A DNA stretch of 64,000 bases from Nitrospirota bacterium (GTDB taxonomy: Bacteria; Nitrospirota; Nitrospiria; JACQBW01), in assembly GCA_016178585.1 (NCBI GenBank), contig JACOTA010000030.1, forward strand, positions 5,776 through 69,775. The letters are read 5' to 3'. How positions within the stretch are numbered: position 1 is the first letter of the stretch; each line of letters starts with the position of its first letter. The position numbers and the translations under genes are program-made. Below the pieces are notes generated by a model. That model was not told where the DNA came from. It searched no databases and worked only from the letters and a program-made list of their open reading frames with translations. Shown here in pieces: positions 1 through 9,041 of this stretch.

Positions 1-40
1 TCACTTTGTTCGCAATGACAGCTTTCTAACTCTGTTCTTG
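1..40 (-). repeat. Family-A miniature repeat, left-end fragment cut by the window edge (inverted orientation)
   Basis: Reverse complement of 1-40 (CAAGAACAGAGTTAGAAAGCTGTCATTGCGAACAAAGTGA) matches the left end of the copy at 24467-24604 base for base, including that copy's subtype-specific variants. Confidence 0.8.
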
Positions 41-116
41 AATTCATCGAAGTCTCCATCCATGGCATACCAGGCACTTTCGTCAATGCCCACCCTTCAC
101 TGAAGGGTTACGGACC

Positions 117-926
117 TCAGACACTTCCTAATTCGGCGGATCGTTTGGCCGCCGCCTCCATCGCAGAAATCACGATTTCTTTAAATCGTCCGCTTTCGAG
201 CATGGCGAGTCCTGCAAGCGTCGTCCCCCCCGGTGAGGTCACTTTTTTAATCTGTTCCGCAGGGGTAAGGTCCAGCTTGATCAGCATTTTGACGGCCCCA
301 AAAAGGGTTTGCGTTGCCATCTGGTAGGCCACGGGTTCAGACAGGCCCATTTTAACGCCGCCCTCGACTAAAGCTTCGACAAACGTAAAAACATAGGCCG
401 GTCCGCTTCCCGACAGGGCTGTTACGGCATCCATTTTATCTTCGGTCACGACGATTGTTTTCCCGACCCGGTTAAAAATTCTTCTCACGAAAGCCTTTTC
501 TTCGGACGACAGCCTCCCGCTGTAAACAAGAGCGGTCATCCCCTTTTTCAGGATGGCCGGGGTATTGGGCATCGCGCGAGCCACCTTCTGATCCCGTTTT
601 AAAACCGTTTGAATTTTTTCAATCGACACCCCGGCGGCTACAGAGACCACAACCGCTTCGGGCAAAAGAAAATCCCTGATTTCATTTAACAGCGCGGTCA
701 TCATTTGAGGTTTGACGGCCAGGACCACGAACGCCTTCCCCTCGACGGCTTCCTTCAAATGGCGGGCCACCCGGACCTTGTATTTTCCCGCTTTTTTCAT
801 GGAAAGCGGGTCCGGGTCGAAAACAGAAATTTTCTCCGGCGAAGTAAAGGGAAGGGAAACGAGCGATTTTAAAAGGATCGATCCCATATTCCCCACGCCT
901 AAAACCGAAAAACTCGCCTGACTCAT
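117..926 (-). CDS. proC: Pyrroline-5-carboxylate reductase
   Basis: 269-aa ORF; N-terminal Rossmann motif [14 protein letters not shown]-terminal SPGGTT motif typical of P5C reductases; follows yggS with a 4-nt overlap. Confidence 0.92.
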   Translation of the reverse strand: MSQASFSVLGVGNMGSILLKSLVSLPFTSPEKISVFDPDPLSMKKAGKYKVRVARHLKEAVEGKAFVVLAVKPQMMTALLNEIRDFLLPEAVVVSVAAGVSIEKIQTVLKRDQKVARAMPNTPAILKKGMTALVYSGRLSSEEKAFVRRIFNRVGKTIVVTEDKMDAVTALSGSGPAYVFTFVEALVEGGVKMGLSEPVAYQMATQTLFGAVKMLIKLDLTPAEQIKKVTSPGGTTLAGLAMLESGRFKEIVISAMEAAAKRSAELGSV

Positions 927-1615
927 GGCTCTCTTTCTCCAAAGAGGGCTCTGCCGATTCGGACATGGGTCGCTCCCTCTTCGATCGCGACCTCAAAATC
1001 ATTCGACATCCCCATCGAATAGACCTCAAAAGACCGCTCCAATCGCCCTGCCATTCGTTTACCCAGGGTTTTGAGAGATTTAAAAAAAAGCCTGGATCCT
1101 TCAGGATTTAAGGAGAAAGGAGGAATCGTCATTAAACCCATTACTTTAAGCCATTTTAGCTGACTCATTCTTTCCATAGCAAGTAAAGCCTCTTCCGGTG
1201 AAAACCCTTCTTTGGAAATTTCTCCGGACAAATTAACCTCCATTAAAATACTTTGAAGAACCCTTTTTTTTTCAGCCTGACGTGAAATTTCTTCAGCCAG
1301 ACCCACGGAGTCGACCGAGTGAATTAACGAAAATCGTCCCACGGCAAACCTAGCTTTATTCCGCTGAAGTTTTCCGATAAAATGCCACTCCAGGGAATAC
1401 CCCTTTTTCTCCAATTCTTCCATTTTCGGAAGAGCTTCTTGAATCTTATTTTCCCCCGCGATTTTTATTCCTTCCTCAACCGCCTCGATGACTCGATCCA
1501 CCCCCACCGTTTTGGTGACGGCAATAAGTTGAACGTCTTCCGGGGATCTTCCAATTTTTAAACAGGTTTGGGTGATTCGCTTGCGGACAAGGTCTAAACG
1601 GGCTCGTATCGACAT
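923..1615 (-). CDS. yggS: YggS-family pyridoxal-phosphate homeostasis protein
   Basis: 230-aa ORF with alanine-racemase-N-like barrel, AVTKT PLP-lysine motif, [10 protein letters not shown]; conserved position downstream of ftsZ/pgeF. Confidence 0.9.
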   Translation of the reverse strand: MSIRARLDLVRKRITQTCLKIGRSPEDVQLIAVTKTVGVDRVIEAVEEGIKIAGENKIQEALPKMEELEKKGYSLEWHFIGKLQRNKARFAVGRFSLIHSVDSVGLAEEISRQAEKKRVLQSILMEVNLSGEISKEGFSPEEALLAMERMSQLKWLKVMGLMTIPPFSLNPEGSRLFFKSLKTLGKRMAGRLERSFEVYSMGMSNDFEVAIEEGATHVRIGRALFGEREP

Positions 1616-1616
1616 G

Positions 1617-2342
1617 TTATTTCAACCGGATTCCGCTGATGATTCTACCCGCCCGGGCGCCGTCTCTCCGATAGGAGGGAAGTCTACGGGCTGAGCAAAA
1701 GGTGCAAACATCGCTGGTTTCGATGTTATTTTCTAAAACCCCCTCCTCCATCAGCTGTCTTCTATTCAACGCCTGCAAATCGAGCGTTTGTCGTCCCTTT
1801 TCTCTTCGGATTAAATCGGGCCATTGGGGAAACTTTTCGTGAAATTTTTCCGCGACATCGTTTTGAATTTCAAAACAACAGACATGGATCGAAGGGCCGC
1901 ATACCACCCGCAGATGAGCGGGGTCTCCCTGATAAACCTCAGCGATCTTTTTAACCATGTCCCGGCTGATATTGAGGAAACTTCCCCTCCAGCCCGCATG
2001 GACCGCGCCAACCACTTTTTTCTCCGGGTCAAAGAACAACAGGGGAAGGCAATCGGCCGAATAAATGGTTAAGACGAGGTTTGGCCGCGAGGTTAACATG
2101 CCGTCAAACTCGAATCGGCTGAAGTTTGAACCGGAAAGATCGTTGACATGTTCGGACCGGACATCTAAAACCGCCCGGCCATGGACCTGTTTGACCTGAC
2201 ATGCCGGGGCCGTTATTTTTTCAAAAAAGGAAGCCTCGGGCGAAAAAAAACAATCCACTTCTGCCGTTTCAAAAACGCGGGGAATCGATCTCATAAGAGC
2301 CTTTTGGGACTCCTCTAAATTAAAAAGCTTGCCGTTTTTCAT
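1617..2342 (-). CDS. pgeF: Purine nucleoside phosphorylase / laccase-domain protein (YfiH/PgeF, DUF152)
   Basis: Motifs VHGRAV, YSADCLPLLF, AVHAGWRG. The track ORF (to 2564) overlaps the ftsZ 3' end; the in-frame ATG at 2342 lies 5 nt after the ftsZ stop and gives a typical 241-aa protein. Confidence 0.85.
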   Translation of the reverse strand: MKNGKLFNLEESQKALMRSIPRVFETAEVDCFFSPEASFFEKITAPACQVKQVHGRAVLDVRSEHVNDLSGSNFSRFEFDGMLTSRPNLVLTIYSADCLPLLFFDPEKKVVGAVHAGWRGSFLNISRDMVKKIAEVYQGDPAHLRVVCGPSIHVCCFEIQNDVAEKFHEKFPQWPDLIRREKGRQTLDLQALNRRQLMEEGVLENNIETSDVCTFCSARRLPSYRRDGARAGRIISGIRLK

Positions 2343-2346
2343 CGGA

Positions 2347-3501
2347 TCAGCGCGGTTTGTTCCGTAAAAATGCCGGGATTTCCCACTCATCTTCCTCAAT
2401 TTGAACCTCCACTTTCGGAACTTGAGGCAACCGGTTCCGGACAAATGTTGGGGAATCCATCTCCTTGCCGGCCTCCGCTTGAGCGCCTTCGAACTTTCTA
2501 TAAATCTCTTTCTCTTTAACCGGTCCGTTTTCGGGATGACCTTTCTTTTCGAAGCCGGTCGCAATAACGGTCACCACAATTTCTTCAGAAAGGGCTTCAT
2601 TGATCACCGCGCCAAAAATAATATTCGCGTCAGGGTCCGCGCCTCTTTGAATAATCGAGGAGGCCTCTTCGACTTCGTGAAGTGAAAGATCGTATCCCCC
2701 CGTAATATTAATCAGAATTCCCTGGGCTCCTTCAATCGACCCTTCATCTAAAAGGGGGCTCGCTACGGCTCTTTGCGCGGCCTCTACGGCACGGTTTGGC
2801 CCCGTTCCTTTTCCCATTCCCATAACCGCGCGGCCGTTATAAGACATGATGGTTCGGACGTCCGCAAAATCCACGTTAATCAAGCCCGGGGTGGTAATTA
2901 AATCGGCAATTCCATGAACCGCCTGATGAAGAACGTCATCAGCAATTTTAAAAGCAGATATCAAAGGAGTGGTTTTATCGACCAGGCCTAAAATTTTCTG
3001 ATTGGGAATCACGATCAAGGTGTCGGAATTTAACTTGAGTTCATGAATTCCCTCCTCGGCCCGCTGGGCCCGTTTGGACCCTTCAAATAAAAACGGCCGG
3101 GTGACGACCGCGACGGTTAAAGCGCCCAGTTCTTTGGCAATATGGGCGATGATGGGCGCGGCCCCCGTTCCGGTCCCTCCTCCCATTCCAGCGGTCACAA
3201 AAACCATATCCGCGCCCTGAAGGAATTCCTTGATTTTTTCGGAATCTTCTAAAGCGGCTTCCCTCCCCATATGAGGGTTAGCTCCGGCGCCCAGCCCTTT
3301 GGTCGCCTTGCTTCCAATCTGCAATTTTTGCGGAGATAAAGAAAGTCCCATCGCCTGGACATCTGTGTTTACGGCAATAAACTCAACCCCGTCCAAATGG
3401 CTTGCGATCATCGTATTCACCGCGTTGCATCCTCCCCCCCCCACGCCGATGACCTTAATTTTTGCAGCCTTAGGTTCGTGTTCCTCTTCGAATAAAAACA
3501 T
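2347..3501 (-). CDS. ftsZ: Cell division GTPase FtsZ
   Basis: [11 protein letters not shown] and tubulin signature [10 protein letters not shown]; start taken at MFLFEEE (ATG 3501), preceded by a G9 Shine-Dalgarno-like run. The track ORF starts at GTG 3519. Confidence 0.95.
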   Translation of the reverse strand: MFLFEEEHEPKAAKIKVIGVGGGGCNAVNTMIASHLDGVEFIAVNTDVQAMGLSLSPQKLQIGSKATKGLGAGANPHMGREAALEDSEKIKEFLQGADMVFVTAGMGGGTGTGAAPIIAHIAKELGALTVAVVTRPFLFEGSKRAQRAEEGIHELKLNSDTLIVIPNQKILGLVDKTTPLISAFKIADDVLHQAVHGIADLITTPGLINVDFADVRTIMSYNGRAVMGMGKGTGPNRAVEAAQRAVASPLLDEGSIEGAQGILINITGGYDLSLHEVEEASSIIQRGADPDANIIFGAVINEALSEEIVVTVIATGFEKKGHPENGPVKEKEIYRKFEGAQAEAGKEMDSPTFVRNRLPQVPKVEVQIEEDEWEIPAFLRNKPR

Positions 3502-3597
3502 AACGTCCCCCCCCCGCACAGAGCCGGCTCGCTGGCGCCCGTTCCTTCTTTTAAGGCAAGCGCGCTTCCACAGCCAGGCTCATTTTGTGATTAATGT

Positions 3598-4818
3598 TTA
3601 AAAAATTTCTTTAAACCATTCCTTCATTTTTAAAATTAGATTTCCGTTTTGAGGCGCGTGTTGTTCCGGCCTTTCGCGGGTGCGGACTGCGTATAAAATC
3701 AACCCGACGCCGGTCGCATACATCGGACTCCTTACCACATCCGCCACTCCTCCTACATGAATCGGATAACCCACGCGGACCGGAAGATCGAGGACCCGTT
3801 CCGCCACTTCGACCATTCCCTCCATAAGAGCGCTCCCGCCCGTAATAACCACACCGGACGCGGATATTTCATTCTTGCCGTTTTTTTTGATTTCCTGGGA
3901 AACCAATTGAAAGATTTCAACCGAACGCGATTCAATGATTTCGGAAAGATAATTCCGGGACAAAATTCTCGGCGCCCGCCCTCCCACGCTGGGGACTTCA
4001 ATCGTTTCCTCATGATTGTCCTGTTTTTTAAGAGCGTAGCCGTACCTGATTTTTATTTTTTCGGCCTCGGCGAGCGGGGTTCTCAATCCGACGGCGATAT
4101 CGTTGGTCAGATGATTTCCACCGATCGGGATCACGGCCGTATGCCAAATGCTTCCATTTTTAAAAATAGCAACGTCCGTTGTTCCTCCTCCGATATCGAT
4201 CAACGTAACTCCCAATTCTTTTTCTTCGGGGAACAAAACCGATTCACTGGAGGCCATGGGTTGTAAAATTAATTCAATGGTCTCCAGCCCGGCCCGTTGT
4301 ATGCTTTTAACGATATTTTGCGAGGAGGCGACAGCCCCGGTAATAATATGGACCGCGGCTTCCAGGCGGACGCCGGACATTCCCAAAGGGTCTTTAATTC
4401 CATCTTGATCATCTACCGTAAACGTTTGGGGGAGGATATGGAGTATTTCCCGATCCTGCGGGATCGCGACGGCCTTTGCGGCTCCAATGACCCTTTTAAT
4501 GTCGGACTGAAGGACCTCTTCCTCCTTAACCGCGATGACACCCTTGCTGTTGAATCCTTTAATATGGCTTCCGGCAATTCCCGCGTAAACCGAATTGATC
4601 TGAACACCCGCCATCAGTTCGGCCTCTTCCACAGCCTTCCGGATTGATTCTACGGTACTCTCTATATTGACAATCACCCCTTTTCGAATGCCATTTGAAG
4701 GATGGGTTCCAATCCCGATGATGTTCACTTTTTGATGATCAACCACATCTGCGACAATCGCACAGGTCTTGGTCGTTCCAATATCTAAACCCACTACAAT
4801 TTTTTCAATCTTGCTCAT
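3598..4818 (-). CDS. ftsA: Cell division protein FtsA (actin-like ATPase)
   Basis: 406-aa ORF; phosphate motifs DIGTTKT and DIGGGTTD; sits between ftsQ and ftsZ. Confidence 0.95.
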   Translation of the reverse strand: MSKIEKIVVGLDIGTTKTCAIVADVVDHQKVNIIGIGTHPSNGIRKGVIVNIESTVESIRKAVEEAELMAGVQINSVYAGIAGSHIKGFNSKGVIAVKEEEVLQSDIKRVIGAAKAVAIPQDREILHILPQTFTVDDQDGIKDPLGMSGVRLEAAVHIITGAVASSQNIVKSIQRAGLETIELILQPMASSESVLFPEEKELGVTLIDIGGGTTDVAIFKNGSIWHTAVIPIGGNHLTNDIAVGLRTPLAEAEKIKIRYGYALKKQDNHEETIEVPSVGGRAPRILSRNYLSEIIESRSVEIFQLVSQEIKKNGKNEISASGVVITGGSALMEGMVEVAERVLDLPVRVGYPIHVGGVADVVRSPMYATGVGLILYAVRTRERPEQHAPQNGNLILKMKEWFKEIF

Positions 4819-4845
4819 AAGGAACCCTCAAAACTTGTAAGGTGA

Positions 4846-4988
4846 CCCTAAAACAGAGATAGAAAGTTGTCATTGCGAGCGAAGCGAAGCAATCTCGCCA
4901 TCTTGAGCCGAGATCGCCACGCACCCTACGGGTGCTCGCGATGACAGGAAAAACAAGGAGTTTCAAATCCTATCTCTGTTCTTGGGGG
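4846..4988 (+). repeat. Family-A structured miniature inverted-repeat element (reference copy) in the ftsQ-ftsA spacer
   Basis: Imperfect terminal inverted repeats (CCCTAAAACAGAGATAG ... CCTATCTCTGTTCTTGGGGG). Core GTCATTGCGAGC...GCTCGCGATGAC stem encloses two hairpins. About 93 percent identical (hand alignment) to the inverted copy at 40112-40254. Confidence 0.85.
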
Positions 4989-5030
4989 TGACAGCGCATT
5001 TGCTTTTTTTTGGATTCTTTTTCATTTCAA

Positions 5031-5915
5031 CTATGTCTTTTCTTTTTGAGGCCTGACAATGACTTTTCCTGCGAAACGCAGATCAATATTTTCGATCGGG
5101 ATATTTTTGGCCAGAATATCACTCTTGACCGAGAGAAAGCGAAACCACTGCTGGGGAACGTAGGGATACCGGAATAAAAAGGTCGTGCCCCCGATGGTTG
5201 CGGCCAGGTCATTATCCGACGTTATTTCTATGGCGGATAAATCTTCTTTGGCCACGAGAAAATGGGGTTTCGCCGTCATTTGAAGAAACTCCAGAGCCCG
5301 TTTGACCAAACCCACTTCCTTTTCCTTCCGATGAATCCATTTTTCAATCTGTACGCCTCTTATTTCAGGAATATTCTTGAGCGGCCTTTCCGCTTTCCCG
5401 ATATAAAACCCCTCTTCATCCGACAGGTAAGTACCCTCTCCTGCACGAAGATACCCCACAGGGTGTTTTTCTGTGACCTGGACCTCGATGAGATCCGGCA
5501 GATGTTTTTTTAATCTTACTTTTCGGATCCAGGGCTCATTTTCCAAATCCTTCCGAACCTCATTGAGGTTAATCTTAAACAACGATTGATGCCGAATCCC
5601 CAGCAAATGGGCCATGACCTGATCTTCATTCAAATAAATCAAACCCGTGACCTGGATTTCCTGAACCTTAAAGAACGCAAGAGAATTTATCCAGAAGGTA
5701 GCCGCCTCCCCCCCGGCACCGATTGCTCCCGCCGACAATAAAACCAAAAAAACCTTCCCGATGACCGGAAAAAGACTCCGCGTCTTTTTTTTCCGATTGG
5801 GCTGAAGCCGTTTATCATTTTTCCCCGGGTACTGACCCCGTCTATTTTTCCTTAATAGCACAGGACAAAATCCTTTCCACCAGCCGGTCAAACGGAATCC
5901 CCACCCCTCGCGCAA
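5031..5915 (-). CDS. ftsQ: Cell division protein FtsQ (POTRA domain)
   Basis: Basic N-terminus, one TM helix (VFLVLLSAGAIGAGG), POTRA-like region, position between ddl and ftsA. Start is uncertain: the ATG at 5915 overlaps ddl by 74 nt, and an alternative GTG at 5861 has an upstream AAGGA. Confidence 0.8.
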   Translation of the reverse strand: MREGWGFRLTGWWKGFCPVLLRKNRRGQYPGKNDKRLQPNRKKKTRSLFPVIGKVFLVLLSAGAIGAGGEAATFWINSLAFFKVQEIQVTGLIYLNEDQVMAHLLGIRHQSLFKINLNEVRKDLENEPWIRKVRLKKHLPDLIEVQVTEKHPVGYLRAGEGTYLSDEEGFYIGKAERPLKNIPEIRGVQIEKWIHRKEKEVGLVKRALEFLQMTAKPHFLVAKEDLSAIEITSDNDLAATIGGTTFLFRYPYVPQQWFRFLSVKSDILAKNIPIENIDLRFAGKVIVRPQKEKT

Positions 5916-6765
5916 TCTCGGGGAGGAGGCTGGTTTCGGTCATGCCCGGAAGCGTGTTGACCTCCAGTAAATAGGGCTGATTATTTTGATCCAGCAGAAA
6001 ATCAACCCTGCTATAACCCCTGCAATTCAAAGCACGATGCCCGGCCAGCCCCATCTCCATGATTTTTTGGTAGAGATCGGACGGTAAAGGCGCGGGAAAA
6101 AGATGCTCGGACATACCCGGAACATACTTCGCGGTGTAATCATAAAATTTTCTCTTCGTTTTAATTTCAATAATCCCCAGAGCCCGGTCTTCCAGGATTC
6201 CGACCTGAACCTCTCTGCCGGAAATGTAGGGTTCAACCAGAATCACTTCGCCATACCGGAACGCTTCTTCGACCGCGGATTTTAAAAGATCAGAGGTTTC
6301 TACAATCGAAATACCGACACTGGATCCCTCCTGACCCGGTTTGACCACCCAGGGAAGGCCAAACGGAACGGCCTGTGTTGAAAAGTCCCCTTTTTGATCT
6401 TTTCTTAGTAAATAAAAACCTGGGACAGGGAGGCTGTGTTGCATGAAAATCTTTCGGGAAGCCGCTTTATCCATTCCCAACGCGCTCGCGAGAACGCCTG
6501 ATCCCGTATAGGGAATTTTCAAGGTCTCCAGCAATCCCTGAATGCACCCATCTTCTCCGAATTTGCCATGCAACCCGTTGAAAACGATTTCGATTGATTC
6601 TTCTTCTAAAAGACGGCAAATCGACCGCCCCATCTGAATGGGCACAGCCTTGTAATGGTTCCTTGTGAGAGCGTTTAAAATCGCGGTACCCGTTTTAATC
6701 GAAACTTCAGACTCCGCAGAATCTCCCCCCATTAAAACACCTATTTTCTTATGAGTGAGCGGCAT
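5842..6765 (-). CDS. ddl: D-alanine--D-alanine ligase
   Basis: 307-aa ATP-grasp ORF; GGDSAESEVS, LHGKFGEDG, EVNTLPGMT motifs. Confidence 0.95.
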   Translation of the reverse strand: MPLTHKKIGVLMGGDSAESEVSIKTGTAILNALTRNHYKAVPIQMGRSICRLLEEESIEIVFNGLHGKFGEDGCIQGLLETLKIPYTGSGVLASALGMDKAASRKIFMQHSLPVPGFYLLRKDQKGDFSTQAVPFGLPWVVKPGQEGSSVGISIVETSDLLKSAVEEAFRYGEVILVEPYISGREVQVGILEDRALGIIEIKTKRKFYDYTAKYVPGMSEHLFPAPLPSDLYQKIMEMGLAGHRALNCRGYSRVDFLLDQNNQPYLLEVNTLPGMTETSLLPEIARGVGIPFDRLVERILSCAIKEK

Positions 6766-7672
6766 TTTTACCTACAATTTTAGCCTCAAGCTCAAGAACG
6801 ACCCCTTTTTTGGCTTCCACTTCTTTGCCCGCTTTCTTGATCAAACGAATAATATCATTGGAACTCGCCGAACCCCTGTTAATAATGAAGTTACCATGTT
6901 TTTGAGAGATTTGCGCCCCGCCGATCTGGAATCCTTTTAAACCCACCTCTTCGATCAGTTTCCCTGCGAATGAACCCTTTGGATTTTTAAAAATCGACCC
7001 CACATTGGGATAGGAAAGCGGCTGGGTTTCTCTTCTCTTCTTGAGAAGAAGGGCGATCTTCTCCTGTACCTCATGTTTGGGAGCCTGATCAAGTTTAAAA
7101 ACACCTCCCAGCAAAACCCCTCTCGGAAATTTTGAGGTTCGATACCCGAACGAGGCCTCTTTTTTATCCATTTCCATAAGGCCGCCCTGAAAAGTCAGTA
7201 TACGAATCGACTCCACAACGTCGGAAAATTCCCTGCCTGAAATGCCGGCGTTCATTTTAAGGGCTCCCCCGACGCTCCCGGGAATGGAACAGATAAACTC
7301 AAACCCTGTCAATGAGGCGTCCAGCGTATATTTCAACAAGCGGGGAAGAAAAACGCCGCTTTCGGCATAGAGCGTCTTTGAGTCCAGTTTTTCAATCCGG
7401 TTAAAGTGACTCAGCTTGATGACGATCCCCTGAACTCCTCCGTCCTGAATAATTAAATTCGATCCGGCCCCGATAATAAAAAACGGAATTTTAAACGTTC
7501 GGATCTTTTCAAACAGGTGCGTCAGATCTTCAAAATCAAAGGGGAAAACTACGGCGTCCGCATTCCCACCCACCTTTAAGGAGGTATACTTGCTCAAGGG
7601 TTCACGGTAGAGAATTTTCCCCTTGAAATTTTTCAAAGCCGATTCAATTGTTTTTATCAACGATTCTTTCAT
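6749..7672 (-). CDS. murB: UDP-N-acetylenolpyruvoylglucosamine reductase
   Basis: FAD-binding domain (VGGNADAVVFP, IIGAGSNL). Start set to MKESLIK (ATG 7672), directly after the murC stop; the track ORF extends to 7747 inside murC. Confidence 0.92.
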   Translation of the reverse strand: MKESLIKTIESALKNFKGKILYREPLSKYTSLKVGGNADAVVFPFDFEDLTHLFEKIRTFKIPFFIIGAGSNLIIQDGGVQGIVIKLSHFNRIEKLDSKTLYAESGVFLPRLLKYTLDASLTGFEFICSIPGSVGGALKMNAGISGREFSDVVESIRILTFQGGLMEMDKKEASFGYRTSKFPRGVLLGGVFKLDQAPKHEVQEKIALLLKKRRETQPLSYPNVGSIFKNPKGSFAGKLIEEVGLKGFQIGGAQISQKHGNFIINRGSASSNDIIRLIKKAGKEVEAKKGVVLELEAKIVGKNAAHS

Positions 7673-7673
7673 A

Positions 7674-9041
7674 TCAGGACAGGCATTGATAAATCTCCTG
7701 GCCGGCCTTCCAGATATCCCCGGCGCCCAGGATGATGACCAGGTCATTTTCTTTTAATTTTGGTAAAATTCTTTTCACCCATTCTCCCTTCCGGGGGAGA
7801 TATTCCACTTCTGGATGCCCCGTTTTTTTTAATAGATGAAAAAGATTTTCGCTGGAGACTCCTGGAATCGGTTTTTCCCCCGCGCCGTAAATTTCCGTTA
7901 GAAAGAGGAGATCGGCGTGATCAAAAGCTTGACCAAAATCTTCCAACAGATCGCGGGTCCTTGTAAATCGATGAGGTTGAAAAAGAACAACCACTCTCCG
8001 GTTCCATCCCTGTTTAGCCGCAGCAAGGGTCGCCCGGATTTCGGTCGGATGATGACCATAATCATCCACCACCATGATTCCCTTTCGTTCTCCCAGCAGG
8101 TGGAACCGGCGGTCGACGCCGCTGAATTCCTGAAGCGCCTTCCGGATCAACGACACTTCGATTTCGAGTTCAATCCCGACGGCTATTGACGCCAACGCGT
8201 TTTGAATATTATGAAGCCCCGGAACTTTTAAGCAAAACGTCCCCAATCCCCTGCCAAAACCAACGACCTCGAAAGAGGAGCGCCACTCCCGCATTTCGAT
8301 CGTTTCCGCCCGGATATCGGCCATTTCTTTTACCCCGTACGAGACATGCCTTTTTTGGAGGAGGGGAATCATCGTTTGAAGAGGCTTTTCATCCAGGCAA
8401 ATGATGGAACATCCGTAAAAGGGCACCTTATTCATAAATTCAAGAAAAACTTTTTTAATCTCCTCTAAATCATGGTAATACTCGAGATGTTCCCGATCGA
8501 TATTCGTCACCACCGTCATCGTAGGGGAAAGTTTCAAGAAAGACCCGTCGCTTTCATCGGCCTCCGCCACCAAAAAGTCTCCCTGCCCTAACTTGGCGTG
8601 GCTTCCAAAAAGGTTCAGTTTTCCTCCGATCACCGCGGTGGGGTCAAGCCCCCCCATCGCCAGCACGGAGGCTATCATCGAAGTCGTTGTGGTCTTCCCG
8701 TGCGATCCCGCAACCGCAATTCCGTATTTCAAGCGCATGAGTTCTGCCAGCATTTCAGCCCTTGGAATGACCGGAATTTTCAACCGGCGCGCGGTTTCTA
8801 TTTCACAATTTCCGGACCCGATGGCGGACGAAACAACCACAACCTGGGCCCCCTGAATATGGGACGGATCATGTCCGACAAATACCTTTCCCCCCGCCTT
8901 TTCAAGGCGTTTTGTGGTTTCGGTCACCGAAAGATCGGACCCGGTTACCCGATAACCGAGGTTCATCAATACCTCGGCAATTCCGCTCATGCCGGCCCCC
9001 CCTATTCCGACGAAATGAAGATGCTTGATTTTTCTAAACAT
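7674..9041 (-). CDS. murC: UDP-N-acetylmuramate--L-alanine ligase
   Basis: GIGGAGMSGIAEVL and GSHGKTTTTSM Mur-ligase motifs. Start set to MFRKIKHLHF (ATG 9041), just after the murG stop. Confidence 0.93.
   Translation of the reverse strand: MFRKIKHLHFVGIGGAGMSGIAEVLMNLGYRVTGSDLSVTETTKRLEKAGGKVFVGHDPSHIQGAQVVVVSSAIGSGNCEIETARRLKIPVIPRAEMLAELMRLKYGIAVAGSHGKTTTTSMIASVLAMGGLDPTAVIGGKLNLFGSHAKLGQGDFLVAEADESDGSFLKLSPTMTVVTNIDREHLEYYHDLEEIKKVFLEFMNKVPFYGCSIICLDEKPLQTMIPLLQKRHVSYGVKEMADIRAETIEMREWRSSFEVVGFGRGLGTFCLKVPGLHNIQNALASIAVGIELEIEVSLIRKALQEFSGVDRRFHLLGERKGIMVVDDYGHHPTEIRATLAAAKQGWNRRVVVLFQPHRFTRTRDLLEDFGQAFDHADLLFLTEIYGAGEKPIPGVSSENLFHLLKKTGHPEVEYLPRKGEWVKRILPKLKENDLVIILGAGDIWKAGQEIYQCLS

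Noticed and set aside
3507-3515. G9 homopolymer (C9 on plus) 5 nt upstream of the ftsZ ATG as a slipped-strand phase-variation tract; a similar G/C run lies inside murD near 12530
   Set aside because: Phase variation of essential ftsZ or murD is implausible. The run upstream of ftsZ sits where the SD should be and most simply acts as a G-rich ribosome-binding site, and the murD run encodes Gly codons in frame.
3757-4266. Long antisense or alternative-frame ORFs inside conserved genes: 3757-4266 in ftsA, 17986-18417 in ftsI, 28096-28506 in ftsK, 31080-31694 (204 aa) in the ABC-2 permease, 35918-36355 in rpoD, 48604-49137 (177 aa) in prfA
   Set aside because: Each lies wholly within a gene whose product carries unmistakable family motifs. 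The translations are low-complexity, Arg/Pro/Ser-rich and unrecognisable, and there is no SD context. They are treated as shadow ORFs.
4841-4992. The GGTGAC direct repeat flanking the 4846-4988 element as a general target-site duplication of family A
   Set aside because: No comparable flanking duplication is visible at the 24467, 40112 or 62268 copies, so it may be coincidence. It is kept only as a remark.
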